Shown: positions 41,480 to 51,761, counted from the first letter of the stretch. The stretch: 64,000 nt of DNA from an uncultured Gammaproteobacteria bacterium (GCA_964402565.1 CAYOCJ010000001.1:416079-480078); one strand, 5' to 3'. Numbers and translations are program-made. The notes: a model not told the origin generated them from the sequence alone.

Positions 41480-41858
41480 ACCAACTGTGCTATCGTTTAT
41501 TTTGCAATCAAGGATATTTTTTTTGGTGCTTGTTTGCCTTGTTATCGTTAGCGGTGTTCGATTAAGCAATGAAATTGCACGCCGTATGGCCATCGCTTCA
41601 CAGATACATGCATTGCGCGATCAGGTAGATAAGCTTCGCGGGGAACGGGATTCGTTATCATACCTTATGACCACATTGTCATCTGATGCCTATATAGAGG
41701 ACGCTGCCCGAAAAAAGCTCAATATGGCAAAGACAGGCGAAAAAGTTGTGGTCATTCCTGAAGAAAAGCCTGCTGCGACAAACGTGGCTCATGCACCAGA
41801 ACAAAGTTCAAATATTGATCTCTGGTGGAACTATTTTTTTGAAGTTCATGCGAATTAG
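41454..41858 (+). CDS. Septum formation initiator (FtsB/DivIC family)
   Basis: TM, coiled coil, YIEDAARKKLNMAKTGEKVVVI. Confidence 0.85.
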   Translation: MLLRMKTNKPTVLSFILQSRIFFLVLVCLVIVSGVRLSNEIARRMAIASQIHALRDQVDKLRGERDSLSYLMTTLSSDAYIEDAARKKLNMAKTGEKVVVIPEEKPAATNVAHAPEQSSNIDLWWNYFFEVHAN

Positions 41859-42717
41859 AAAGCGTTTTATTATCGGATCATTGATAGGCGCGATCTTCCT
41901 TTTTTTAGTCGTTCCGCTTGTCTGGCTGTATACGGCGCCAAAGCAGAATACAATGACGATAGCGTTTGCAAGGACATTACGGCTTCCGTTTGCCCGTGTG
42001 AATGGTTTTTCTGTCACGCTATCGCAGGTATTAGATGATGTAGAGCTGATCAAACATTTCGAAGGGACTGATATCTCGTTGACCGATGAACAGGTACGTT
42101 CAAAAGTATGGGATCATATTCGAGAGGAGTATGGCATACGCAAGTTAGCCTCTGAGCAAAGTATTACCTGGACGAGCAATGAGGTAGAGGATTTTTTTAA
42201 GACTTTTTTGACATCCAATGAATTGGAAATAAGCGACTTGCAGCATACGATCCCGAACTTTAATGAGACGTATTTTAAAGAACATACGATACTGCCGATG
42301 TTGCTTCATCAAAAAATTGCAAAAAAAATGCTCCTTGCCGCAGATAACGATGCTGCCCGCGAAGCGACACAATTGCGCGAACAAGTTCAAAAGGATCCAT
42401 CGCAATTCGACGCTATCATACAGAAGCGTGCAGATGAACAGCATATCGCAGATGCGGGTTCTACGGTTTTGCTCAGCGCAGCGACGCTGGCGCCTGATGA
42501 GGTAAGTTTGCTGAAAGGTATTGCGGTTGGCGGCATTTCACCGATCATTGCGCGTGAAGATGGCTACCGGATTTATAAGGTCACTTCGCATTTTACACAG
42601 CCGGAGGAGGCGTGGCAGGTGAAGGAGCTCTTTGTACCGGCATCGTTATACGACGAAGCACTCGCGAAGATAACGAGTGCGCATGATGAGAAGGTATATA
42701 TTAAAGGTGTACTTTGA
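41848..42717 (+). CDS. SurA/PrsA-like membrane-anchored chaperone (degenerate parvulin)
   Basis: N-terminal TM, ARVNG, ISPIIAREDGYRIYKV. Confidence 0.6.
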   Translation: MRIRKRFIIGSLIGAIFLFLVVPLVWLYTAPKQNTMTIAFARTLRLPFARVNGFSVTLSQVLDDVELIKHFEGTDISLTDEQVRSKVWDHIREEYGIRKLASEQSITWTSNEVEDFFKTFLTSNELEISDLQHTIPNFNETYFKEHTILPMLLHQKIAKKMLLAADNDAAREATQLREQVQKDPSQFDAIIQKRADEQHIADAGSTVLLSAATLAPDEVSLLKGIAVGGISPIIAREDGYRIYKVTSHFTQPEEAWQVKELFVPASLYDEALAKITSAHDEKVYIKGVL

Positions 42718-42737
42718 GACCTGGGCTTGAAATGGTG

Positions 42738-42813
42738 TGGAGCCGCCGGTGGGAATCGAACCCACGACCTACGGTTTACGATACCGTCGCTCTACCGACT
42801 GAGCTACAGCGGC
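42738..42813 (-). tRNA. tRNA-Thr (CGU)
   Basis: Reverse complement GCCGCTGTAGCTCAGTCGGTAGAGCG-ACGGT-ATCGTAA-ACCGT-AGGTCGTGGGTTCGATTCCCACCGGCGGCTCCA; upstream TTGACG-N17-TATGCT. Confidence 0.93.
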
Positions 42814-42938
42814 GCGATCCAATTTTCACCAACAGAGCATAAACTTATTTTTGGGCTACGTCAACAGTTTCCCTCGCGATAAAAATAGCGTATACTACTA
42901 GCGTGAACGTTTTGTACGAAAAAAATTGAACCAGAACA

Positions 42939-43619
42939 ATGGTTAAAACCTATAATTTAACTAAAACGTACGCGAGCGATACCACAGCGCTGCGTGATGT
43001 CAGCATTGCTATTGAGCCGGGTGAATTCGTGTCCATCGTCGGCCAGAGCGGCAGTGGAAAATCAACATTGGTAAAAATTCTGATGGCAGAGGAACGCCCT
43101 TCGAAAGGCGAGGTAGTGATCGGTGGTTGGAATATTACTCATGTCCGAAAACATGAAATACCTATACTCCGGAAACAGATCGGCGTCATTTTTCAGGACT
43201 ATCAGCTACTTCCCAAGAAAACAGCCTTTGAAAATGTAAGTTTCGCATTGGAAGTGTGCGGTTATAAGCGGAAAGAAATTCGGACGATCGTCACGCAAGT
43301 CCTCAATCTCGTCAATTTGAAGGATCAGATGAAGAAGTTCCCGCATCAGCTTTCAGGCGGGGAAAAGCAGCGTGTAGCTATAGCGCGAAGCCTGGTGCAC
43401 CGTCCGAAACTTTTGATGGCTGATGAACCAACCGGCAACCTCGATGCTATTAATACCCGGGAGATCATCGATCTATTGCTGAAGATCAACAGTTTCGGTA
43501 CGACCGTATTATTGGTTACACATGACCGTGAAGTAGTGAATGGTTTGCGGAAACGGGTTATTACGCTCGACAATGGCTATGTGATCAGCGATCAGGTAAA
43601 AGGGAAATACATACTATGA
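42939..43619 (+). CDS. ftsE: Cell division ATP-binding protein FtsE
   Basis: GQSGSGKS, FQDYQLL, LSGGEKQRV, ADEPTGNLD; next to ftsX. Confidence 0.94.
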   Translation: MVKTYNLTKTYASDTTALRDVSIAIEPGEFVSIVGQSGSGKSTLVKILMAEERPSKGEVVIGGWNITHVRKHEIPILRKQIGVIFQDYQLLPKKTAFENVSFALEVCGYKRKEIRTIVTQVLNLVNLKDQMKKFPHQLSGGEKQRVAIARSLVHRPKLLMADEPTGNLDAINTREIIDLLLKINSFGTTVLLVTHDREVVNGLRKRVITLDNGYVISDQVKGKYIL

Positions 43620-44533
43620 GATTTTCATTTCTCAGAATTATACGATACGCATTTCAGAATTTTTTCAGAAACTTTTGGCTCTCTGTTGCTACGCTTTCGG
43701 TGATCATTATTTTACTATTCTTCGTGAATGTGATTATCGTGATGAACCAAGTCAAAACTTCTCTCTTAACAGCGGTAGATCAGAAGATAGATATATCATT
43801 GTTTTTCAAACAAGAGGTCCCGCAGGCCGATGTCCTGAAGATTGAGGATGAGTTGAATGCAAATCCACTCGTCAGTAAGGTCGAAGTCATATCTCCTGAT
43901 GCAGGGCTTGAGCAGCTCAAGAGCAAGCATCCTGATCTGGGCGATAAAATATTACCGGCCCTGGGTTCGAATCCGCTCGGCTATACGCTGAAAGTCAGCG
44001 CAAAAGAACTTGACCAGTACCAGCCTCTTCTCGAGTCAATAAAGAATAATCAAGGCTATGTTTCGAAACTCGATAATCCGCCAGCCCTCTTTGATTCTGA
44101 GCAATTCACCTCGGCCGCAAGCAAGCTGTCAGATCAGGTTAATACGGTCGCTATCATTTTAGCCGTGATCTTTTTCTTAGTGGCGCTCACTATCATGTTC
44201 AACAGCATTCGGGTCAGTATTTATACGCATCGTGAAGAGATCAGCATCATGAAGCTGGTTGGTGCCACGAATCGCTTTATCCGCATGCCGTATATTTTAG
44301 AGTCAATACTGTATTCCGTTATATCGGTCTCTGTCAGCATTGGCATACTGTATATTGTCCTGGGTTTTGTGCAGCCATACGTGGATCGTTTCATGGGCGA
44401 CCTGCTGCATGTCGATCTGGTCGGTTTTTATCAGTCTCAGTCTCTGGTAATATTTGGATCACAATTCATAGCCATCACCTTGCTGACCATTATAAGCACC
44501 ACCTTAGCACTGCGCCGCTACTTGCGGGCGTGA
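43616..44533 (+). CDS. ftsX: Cell division permease FtsX
   Basis: NFFRNFWLS, NSIRVSIYTHREEISIMKLVGATNRFIRMPY. Confidence 0.94.
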   Translation: MRFSFLRIIRYAFQNFFRNFWLSVATLSVIIILLFFVNVIIVMNQVKTSLLTAVDQKIDISLFFKQEVPQADVLKIEDELNANPLVSKVEVISPDAGLEQLKSKHPDLGDKILPALGSNPLGYTLKVSAKELDQYQPLLESIKNNQGYVSKLDNPPALFDSEQFTSAASKLSDQVNTVAIILAVIFFLVALTIMFNSIRVSIYTHREEISIMKLVGATNRFIRMPYILESILYSVISVSVSIGILYIVLGFVQPYVDRFMGDLLHVDLVGFYQSQSLVIFGSQFIAITLLTIISTTLALRRYLRA

Positions 44534-44560
44534 TGGCCTACAACAGGTTATTTAATCGTA

Positions 44561-44591
44561 AGAAAAAACCGGCTATGCGCCGGTTTTTTCT
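44561..44591. terminator. Bidirectional terminator between ftsX and rpmA
   Basis: AGAAAAAACCGGC-TATGC-GCCGGTTTTTTCT. Confidence 0.85.
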
Positions 44592-44863
44592 GGAAGTACA
44601 TCTGCGTACTTCGTAGGACGTATCGCGCCATTGAAGCGCTTTCGTTTGAGCGATCGAAATTTTACAATACCTGCAACTTTTGCGAAAAGAGTGTCATCAG
44701 ACCCTCTGCGTACGTTTTTTCCTGCTCGAATTTTCGTACCGCGCTGTCTGACTATGATCGATCCTGCTTGTGCCACTTCTCCTGCATAGAGTTTAACGCC
44801 AAGACGTTGACCTTGCGAATCGCGTCCATACGAGGTTGATCCGGCTGCTTTTTTATGTGCCAT
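44573..44863 (-). CDS. rpmA: 50S ribosomal protein L27
   Basis: [14 protein letters not shown]...RLGVK; IIVRQRGT; promoter TTGACA-N17-TATACT at 44921-44893. Confidence 0.98.
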   Translation of the reverse strand: MAHKKAAGSTSYGRDSQGQRLGVKLYAGEVAQAGSIIVRQRGTKIRAGKNVRRGSDDTLFAKVAGIVKFRSLKRKRFNGAIRPTKYADVLPEKTGA

Positions 44864-44927
44864 ACACTGTGTTCAATGGTTAATGCGAAAGGAGTATACC
44901 CAGAATATGCACTTCTGTCAATATTCT

Positions 44928-45518
44928 CTATTCAAATCTCCTGAGAACGGCCTTTACAACTCCCTGGATAGCAGGATTAGTCACATAGATAGGACCCATG
45001 GACGCATTTGCCGGCTGCAATCGGATGCGGTTCTTTTCGCGGTAGTATTTTTTTAGCGTTGCGAATGCATTATCGAGTAATGCAACGACTATCTGGCCAT
45101 TCGTTGGATAAAAATTGCGCTCTACAATGACATAGTCGCCATCAAGGATGCCTTCTTCGATCATCGAGGTCCCTTTCACCTTCAAAACGAAACAATTGCT
45201 CGATGGTACCAAACTTTCAGGCACCGCAACTGTTTCACGGTCTTCTATGGCTTCGATAGGCTCTCCAGCTGCTATCAAACCGACCAGCGGCAGCATGACG
45301 CTTCTTTCGGTATAACTTGACTCTATTGGTTCAAGATGAGGGGTTTTTTTAAGCATATGTTTTTGTTTAAGGTTGCGAATATGTTGATGGATGGTCGCAG
45401 GGGATGAAAGGCCTAACGTACGCATGATGTCACGTACCGTAGGTGAGTGGCCCTGGGACGCATAAAAATCAAGAATTGCCTGATATACGTCATTTTGTTT
45501 GCGGGTCAATGGTGCCAT
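44928..45518 (-). CDS. lexA: SOS repressor LexA
   Basis: PTVRDI wHTH; IAAG cleavage site; GTSM Ser; ATLKK Lys; LQPAN. Confidence 0.97.
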   Translation of the reverse strand: MAPLTRKQNDVYQAILDFYASQGHSPTVRDIMRTLGLSSPATIHQHIRNLKQKHMLKKTPHLEPIESSYTERSVMLPLVGLIAAGEPIEAIEDRETVAVPESLVPSSNCFVLKVKGTSMIEEGILDGDYVIVERNFYPTNGQIVVALLDNAFATLKKYYREKNRIRLQPANASMGPIYVTNPAIQGVVKAVLRRFE

Positions 45519-45524
45519 ATAAGC

Positions 45525-45553
45525 AGTATATACCGAACAAAAAACGAACGCAA
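45525..45553 (-). promoter_or_regulatory. lexA promoter with candidate SOS box GTTC-N7-GTTC
   Basis: TTGCGT-N17-TATACT; GAAC (45535-45538)-N7-GAAC (45546-45549) on the plus strand overlaps the -35 and spacer. Confidence 0.7.
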
Positions 45554-45598
45554 GTAGCCTGGATTGATTTTTAGTCTAGAGTCAACTACTATAAGTAT

Positions 45599-45829
45599 AT
45601 GCGAAAGAAAATTGAAGCCGTACTTGATCGTATACGCCCTGCGCTTGATGCACATGGAGGCGATGTCGAACTCCTCAAGGTCAGCATGAAAGAAAAAACG
45701 GCTTATATTAAATTTGTCGGCACATGCGACCACTGTGCCATATCCGAAGTAACGCTGAAGTATCTCGTTGAGCGCGAAGTGCATGCGACATGCCCTGAGA
45801 TCACTTCGGTTGTTGCGGTCCAAGCATGA
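45599..45829 (+). CDS. NifU/NfuA C-terminal-domain protein
   Basis: IRPALDAHGGDVEL, GTCDHC. Confidence 0.9.
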   Translation: MRKKIEAVLDRIRPALDAHGGDVELLKVSMKEKTAYIKFVGTCDHCAISEVTLKYLVEREVHATCPEITSVVAVQA

Positions 45830-45850
45830 ATGCGTAACTGAACTCCAGGT

Positions 45851-46216
45851 ATGTTTAACGGCAAACAACTTCTTCTTTTTTATCGAGAGCGGACCGTGTT
45901 CATTTTTTTTAATGCTGCAATTTTCTTTTTATGCGTAAGTGTTATTTGGATACTTGCGGTGATACAGCCGAGAACAGAATCCATAGCGCTGCACTATGAC
46001 ATTTTTTTTGGCATTGATCGCATCGGCAGCTGGTTCGAATTACTGTATACGGCCGGTGCAATCTGTGCATGCATTTTGGTGAATGCATACATTGCGTATT
46101 ATATTTTTGCGAAAGACAAATACTTGAGCTACTATTTGCTGCTCCTTGGCTCTATAGCATCGTTTATTTTTCTTCTGTATCTGATGAGCCTTACCTTGTT
46201 CGCCTTACCTATATGA
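45851..46216 (+). CDS. Hypothetical 3-TM membrane protein
   Basis: IALHYDIFFGIDRIG loop between hydrophobic helices; upstream of mraY. Confidence 0.7.
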   Translation: MFNGKQLLLFYRERTVFIFFNAAIFFLCVSVIWILAVIQPRTESIALHYDIFFGIDRIGSWFELLYTAGAICACILVNAYIAYYIFAKDKYLSYYLLLLGSIASFIFLLYLMSLTLFALPI

Positions 46217-47274
46217 GCAACTTCGAAGTAATAAAGATATTCGGTTTGACGACGATCAGTTTTATTTTGGCAGTACTTTGGACGCCGCTGCTCAGCCATT
46301 TTTTGTATAAGTATCGCCTGGGCAAATCTATCAGGAATGACGGTACAACACCGGTATACAGCAAGCTGCATTTGCATAAGCAGGGTACACCATCGATGGG
46401 AGGCATTTTAATTTGGGTGACGACGCTCGTCATTACACTGTTTTTTTCGTATCTTTCACAGCTGAGTTTTCTTCCGGATTGGCTGAGATCGCTTAATTTC
46501 CTTACCCGGGGAGAGACGTTATTGCCCCTCGGCGTCTTCGTGGCTTCAGCACTCGTCGGCCTGCTTGATGATTGGTTCAATATCACCCACCAGGGATCTG
46601 GTAAAGGCGGCGGACTCAAGATGAAGCATCGATTATTAATTTTTGCATTAATTGCCTTAGTAGGCGCATGGTGGTTCTATTTTAAGCTTAAATGGGATGT
46701 GATTCACATTCCATTCGTCGGTACCTATGGCATTGGCTGGTGGTATATTCCATTTTTCATTTTTGTCATTGTTGCCACGGCTTTCTCGGTTAACGAAATT
46801 GACGGGCTTGATGGATTGGCAGCCGGAGTATTATTGTCATCCTTTGCAAGTCTGGGCGCATTTGCATTCATGCAGGGAAATTATAATTTGGTCACTTTTT
46901 GCGGCGTCATCGTGGGATCCTTGCTTGCCTTTCTCTGGTTCAATATTCCGCCTGCTCGGTTCTTTATGGGTGATACGGGCGCGATGTCATTAGGCGTTAG
47001 CTTAGGTATTATCGCGTTACTTACTCATGCCGAGTTTTTCTTGCCGATTATAGCCCTGCCTCTGGTCATTGAGTCAGGATCTGTAATCCTGCAGATGATC
47101 TCGAAAAAGATCTTTAAAAAGAAGATTTTCATCTCATCGCCTTTGCATCATCACCTCGAAGCACTCGGCTGGTCTGAAAGCAAAATTGTGATGCGTTTTT
47201 GGGTCATTTCCGGGGTCATGTCAGTGGTGGGCCTTATTTTAGCTCTGATGGACAGAAGTTTGCGGCTTTTGTAA
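46213..47274 (+). CDS. mraY: Phospho-MurNAc-pentapeptide transferase
   Basis: KQGTPSMGG, GLLDD, NEIDGLDGL, FFMGDTG, PLHHHLE. Confidence 0.96.
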   Translation: MSNFEVIKIFGLTTISFILAVLWTPLLSHFLYKYRLGKSIRNDGTTPVYSKLHLHKQGTPSMGGILIWVTTLVITLFFSYLSQLSFLPDWLRSLNFLTRGETLLPLGVFVASALVGLLDDWFNITHQGSGKGGGLKMKHRLLIFALIALVGAWWFYFKLKWDVIHIPFVGTYGIGWWYIPFFIFVIVATAFSVNEIDGLDGLAAGVLLSSFASLGAFAFMQGNYNLVTFCGVIVGSLLAFLWFNIPPARFFMGDTGAMSLGVSLGIIALLTHAEFFLPIIALPLVIESGSVILQMISKKIFKKKIFISSPLHHHLEALGWSESKIVMRFWVISGVMSVVGLILALMDRSLRLL

Positions 47275-47285
47275 CGGCACGTTCT

Positions 47286-48476
47286 ATGTTCAAAAAAAAT
47301 AAAAATCGCCAATTTCCGCGCGCTGGTTCTGGAAATTTTTTCAAAAGGCTTTTCTCGAGGACACACCGCATAGAACACCACGCACCTGATTATACATTGC
47401 TCGGAACCACACTAGTACTGCTCTTTGTCGGCCTTATTACGCTGTCATCAGCTACGTCCATTTTGTCGTTTCAGGAAACGAGCGGCACTTATTATTTTTT
47501 GAGGCGACAGCTGACTCACGGCGTTCTGCCCGGGCTCCTGGCCATGTTCATTTTGTATCGTATCCCGTATCGCAAATATCTGGGATTCACGTCATTATTT
47601 TTATTCGCTGTCTATGCGCTGCTGCTCGTCGTATTCGTTCCTTCGCTGCATCCGGCAGGGTACCCGACAAAAAGCTGGATCGATATCGGATTCACGACCA
47701 TTCAGACCAGCGAAATCGCAAAATTGTTTTTTATTCTATGGCTCGCAGGCTGGTGCACGACGCGGCATGCCTCAATACGGAGTTTAACGGTTACCAGCAT
47801 TCCATTTTTTTTGATAACTGCCAGCATAGCAGGCCTTCTGATGCTGCAGCCGGACGCAGGAACCATGATTTTATTTATGGGCATCGCGATGTGCATGTTT
47901 TTTGTTGCCCAGGGTAATTTGCTCCACATTCTGTTCGCCACCGGATTGGGTTCGCTCATTATTATCCCGGTTATATTGAGGGCTCCGTACCGATTTCAGC
48001 GGCTGACGAGTTTCCTGCACCCAAGTGCTGACACGCAGGGCGCAGGGTATCAGATCTATCAAGCATTGATCGCGCTTGGTTCTGGCTCATGGTTCGGCCT
48101 TGGCATCGGGCGCTCGCAACAAAAGTTTTATTTTGTGCCGGAAGTGGAAAGCGATTCGATATTCGCCATCATAGGCGAAGAGCTTGGCTTCATTATTTCA
48201 GCGATCTTGCTGATTTTATTCGTTTCGCTTTTTTTGCGCGGGATCCGCATAGCGAGAAATGCTCCTGACAGATACGGCGCGCTCGTTGCATGGGGGGTCA
48301 CGCTCCTGATAACGCTTCAGGTCGTCGTCAATGTCGGCGCTATCGTCGGCCTCCTGCCGCTCACTGGGATTCCCTTGCCGTTTATCAGCTTAGGTGGTAC
48401 GAATATCGTTGTCTTGCTTGCCGGACTTGGCATTTTGCTGAATATTTCAACCTATACGAAAGAACAACATGGTTAG
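47286..48476 (+). CDS. ftsW: SEDS peptidoglycan polymerase FtsW
   Basis: IQTSEIAK, QPDAG, GYQIYQALIALGSG, DSIFAIIGEELG, LPFISLGG. Confidence 0.93.
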   Translation: MFKKNKNRQFPRAGSGNFFKRLFSRTHRIEHHAPDYTLLGTTLVLLFVGLITLSSATSILSFQETSGTYYFLRRQLTHGVLPGLLAMFILYRIPYRKYLGFTSLFLFAVYALLLVVFVPSLHPAGYPTKSWIDIGFTTIQTSEIAKLFFILWLAGWCTTRHASIRSLTVTSIPFFLITASIAGLLMLQPDAGTMILFMGIAMCMFFVAQGNLLHILFATGLGSLIIIPVILRAPYRFQRLTSFLHPSADTQGAGYQIYQALIALGSGSWFGLGIGRSQQKFYFVPEVESDSIFAIIGEELGFIISAILLILFVSLFLRGIRIARNAPDRYGALVAWGVTLLITLQVVVNVGAIVGLLPLTGIPLPFISLGGTNIVVLLAGLGILLNISTYTKEQHG

Positions 48477-50841
48477 GATTTTGCTCTCAGGCGGAGGAAC
48501 GCTTGGGTCAGTGTCGCCGCTTATTGCTATCAAAGAATCGGTTCCTGAGGCTGATTATTTATTTGTCGGGACAAAAAATGGTATTGAGCGTTCCTTCGTC
48601 AAGCGTTTTGGCATACGCTATAAATATATCGGCACCGTAAAGTTCAGGCGCTATCTCTCTTTCGCCAATCTCATAGATCTGGTGAAAATGCCATTCGTAT
48701 TTTTTCAGGCGCTGACCATAGTCATCAGGTATCGGCCGCATATCATTTTGACGTCGGGAAGCTTCGTCTCTGTGCCGGTCGCGTACGCCGGCAAATTATG
48801 CGGCTGTACTATTTTCATTCATCAGCAGGATGCGCAGGTAGGCCTGGCAAACCGCATGATCATGTGGATCGCAAGGGTCATCACGACAACCTTCGAAGAA
48901 CAGGTCAAGTCATTTTCGTTACAAAAGACCCATTGGACAGGCAATCCGATTCGTCCGTTAGAGCAAAAAAATATTGCTGAAGAGGATCTCATACTGGTAC
49001 TGGGCGGCAGCAGCGGAGCGCATGGGCTGAATGCCGCAATGGGCGAGGTGCTCCCGAATTTTAGCGAACGGTATGAGATCGTACATGTACTTGGCAGTCG
49101 AAATTTTTTCCAGCGACTGAGCCTGGGGAAAAAATATAACGCCGTGCAATTTCTTGATGCTGAATACGCCGACGTGCTTCAACGAGCGCGTGTTGTTGTT
49201 ACGCGAGCCGGCATGTCGACATTGACTGAACTGGCGCACTATAAAAAAGCGACCTTAGTCATACCGATGCCGGATACGCATCAGGTTCCCAATGCACAAT
49301 TTTTTGCAAACCACGAAGCTGTGGTGTATGTGCCGCAGATGGATCGGAGGATGCAGATTGTTGAGCTTGAGAAAATGCTGACCGATTCGAAGAGGCGATC
49401 GTCTTTGGGCAAAGCGCTGCATAAGCTGTTTCCTGATGATGCAAATGTGCGCTATGCAAAACTATTGCGTTCATACTTTCCCGCTGATCAGCATGCGGTG
49501 AAGACAGCTTACTTTGTCGGCATCGGGGGCATCGGCATATCGGCTGTTGCTGAACAGTTCATTGAAGATGGGTATGCGGTCATCGGTTCAGATCTCAGGC
49601 CGACACAGGTGACCAAACAATTAGAATCACGCGGCGCTCGAATTTTTTATGATCATCGAAAGGAAAATGTACCTGCGACGCTTGAAGTGCTCATCTATTC
49701 GACAGCAGTGCCGATCACCAATGAGGAAATAGTGGAAGCGCAGCATCGGCACATTGCTGTGTATTCGTATAAGGACTACCTTGGTGAAATATCAAAAAAA
49801 TACACGACGGTCGCTATTTCAGGCACACATGGCAAAACAACGACCACCGCTCTTACCGGTCTAATGCTGAAAGAGGGCGGTCTGGACCCAACGATTATTG
49901 TCGGGTCATTCGTCCCGCAACTCGGCAATATGAATTATCATGCAGGCAAGGGCGGCATTTTGGTCGTTGAAGCAGATGAGTACCGATCGGATATGCTGAG
50001 GCTGCATCCGACGATCGCTGTCGTGACCAATATCGATAAGGACCACCTTGATTTTTATAAAGACATAAACGATATTACTGAGCATTTCCGATCATTCATT
50101 CACCTCGTACCTTCTGATGGCATGGTCATTCTGAACGGAGATGATAGTCGCTTGAGGAAGATAGCCTCAGCTCACGCAACGACATATGGTCTGTCTGAAA
50201 ACGTCGATTATCAGGCTACGAAGCTCAGCCTCGGCAATGGCGTGCAGCATTTTTCGGTACTCGAGAAAAAAAAGCTCTTAGGCTCATTTGAACTGCATGT
50301 CCCAGGAGAATTCAATGTATTGAACGCGCTTGCCGGGATTGCAGTTGCGCGACGTTTTCAAATACCGCTTGCCTCGATACAAAAAAGCGTTCAGTCTTTT
50401 AAAGGTACGTGGAGGCGATTCGAATATATCGGCAATTTTAATGAAGCGAAGGTCTTTACCGACTATGCGCATCATCCGACCGCTATACACGCAACGTTGA
50501 CGGCGGCAAAATCATTTTATCCGAAGCACCGGCTGGTGGTGGTATTTCAGCCGCACTCGTATGACCGCACTGACAAGCTCTTCAACGAATTTTTGGATGC
50601 GTTCCGGGAAGCCGACATGTTGAGGCTCGTAGATGTATACGATGTTGCCGGCCGAGATACAGCAAAAAAAGCAAATTCAAAAGATCTGATTGCACACCTC
50701 TCGCATCCGGCTTCAAAATATATTGGTTCGCTCGATGAGCTGCGGGCCGACCTCGAGAAAGAAATTACACAGCATGATATACTGGTAATCATGGGCGCGG
50801 GTGATATCGACGCCTTTGCACGATCATTGGTCACCACATGA
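48469..50841 (+). CDS. MurG-MurC fusion protein
   Basis: N-half GGGTLGS, GNPIR, GGSSGA, TRAGMST, HQVPNA; C-half GIGGIG, GTHGKTTTT, EADEY, DYAHHPT, FQPH, MGAGD. Confidence 0.92.
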   Translation: MVRILLSGGGTLGSVSPLIAIKESVPEADYLFVGTKNGIERSFVKRFGIRYKYIGTVKFRRYLSFANLIDLVKMPFVFFQALTIVIRYRPHIILTSGSFVSVPVAYAGKLCGCTIFIHQQDAQVGLANRMIMWIARVITTTFEEQVKSFSLQKTHWTGNPIRPLEQKNIAEEDLILVLGGSSGAHGLNAAMGEVLPNFSERYEIVHVLGSRNFFQRLSLGKKYNAVQFLDAEYADVLQRARVVVTRAGMSTLTELAHYKKATLVIPMPDTHQVPNAQFFANHEAVVYVPQMDRRMQIVELEKMLTDSKRRSSLGKALHKLFPDDANVRYAKLLRSYFPADQHAVKTAYFVGIGGIGISAVAEQFIEDGYAVIGSDLRPTQVTKQLESRGARIFYDHRKENVPATLEVLIYSTAVPITNEEIVEAQHRHIAVYSYKDYLGEISKKYTTVAISGTHGKTTTTALTGLMLKEGGLDPTIIVGSFVPQLGNMNYHAGKGGILVVEADEYRSDMLRLHPTIAVVTNIDKDHLDFYKDINDITEHFRSFIHLVPSDGMVILNGDDSRLRKIASAHATTYGLSENVDYQATKLSLGNGVQHFSVLEKKKLLGSFELHVPGEFNVLNALAGIAVARRFQIPLASIQKSVQSFKGTWRRFEYIGNFNEAKVFTDYAHHPTAIHATLTAAKSFYPKHRLVVVFQPHSYDRTDKLFNEFLDAFREADMLRLVDVYDVAGRDTAKKANSKDLIAHLSHPASKYIGSLDELRADLEKEITQHDILVIMGAGDIDAFARSLVTT

Positions 50842-51761
50842 ATATTCAAGAACACGTCAGCTTAAAAGAATATACGACATTCCGGATCGGCGGGCCTGCC
50901 CGTTATTTTTGCATTGCACAATCCTCGCATGACGTTATTGAAGCATTACGGTGGGCACAAGAAAAAAAGATATCAACCTTTATACTTGGCGGCGGAAGCA
51001 ATCTGCTTTTTTCTGACGATGGTTTTAATGGGCTTGTCATAAAGCTGCAGATCAATTTTTTCGAGGTCAATGCTACCATGGTTACAGTCGGAGCGAGTGT
51101 GGTATTAGCTGAACTTATAGAGAAAACTCTGGCAGCTGGTTTAACAGGCCTTGAATTTGCCGCAGGTATTCCTGGTGAGGTTGGTGGCGCGATAAGAGGG
51201 AATGCCGGCACGTATGGGGTGAGTATGGGCGATTGCATCGATGAGGTACTGGTGGTCAACCGAAGCACCTTGCAAGAGGAGCGAATAAAAGCGGCTGAGT
51301 GCGGCTTTGCATATCGGCACAGCAGTTTCAAAGAAAATGGGGATATCATTATTTCTGCCAAAATGCGCCTGTCACAGGGAGATGTCAGTGCGAGTAAAAA
51401 AATAATAGATGAACGTATTCAAGTGCGACATGAAAATCATCCTCTGGAGCCTTCGGCTGGATGCGTGTTTAAGAATATAGAGTTCTCTAAAATTGATGAA
51501 AACGACCTGGCAAAGCGCGGCGTTGACCTTGAGCAGTTCCGCAAATACCAGAAAATCCCGACCGGTTTCCTCGTTGAGCAACTTGGTTTGAAGGGCAAGA
51601 TGATAGGCGGTGCAGCAATCTCAGCGCGTCACGGCAACTACATTATCAATAATGGCACAGCGACATTTGAGGACGTGATCATTTTGATCAGCCTTATTAA
51701 ACAACAGGTGCGGGATGCATTTGGCATACAGCTTGAAGAGGAGATCCACGTCATTTCTTAG
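50838..51761 (+). CDS. murB: UDP-N-acetylmuramate dehydrogenase
   Basis: TTFRIGGPA, GGGSNLL, GIPGEVGGA, FAYRHS, SAGCVFKN. Confidence 0.96.
   Translation: MNIQEHVSLKEYTTFRIGGPARYFCIAQSSHDVIEALRWAQEKKISTFILGGGSNLLFSDDGFNGLVIKLQINFFEVNATMVTVGASVVLAELIEKTLAAGLTGLEFAAGIPGEVGGAIRGNAGTYGVSMGDCIDEVLVVNRSTLQEERIKAAECGFAYRHSSFKENGDIIISAKMRLSQGDVSASKKIIDERIQVRHENHPLEPSAGCVFKNIEFSKIDENDLAKRGVDLEQFRKYQKIPTGFLVEQLGLKGKMIGGAAISARHGNYIINNGTATFEDVIILISLIKQQVRDAFGIQLEEEIHVIS

Noticed and set aside
42718-42760. Second integration site at tRNA-Thr
   Set aside because: No duplicated tRNA 3' end or nearby integrase; the flanks are core genes.
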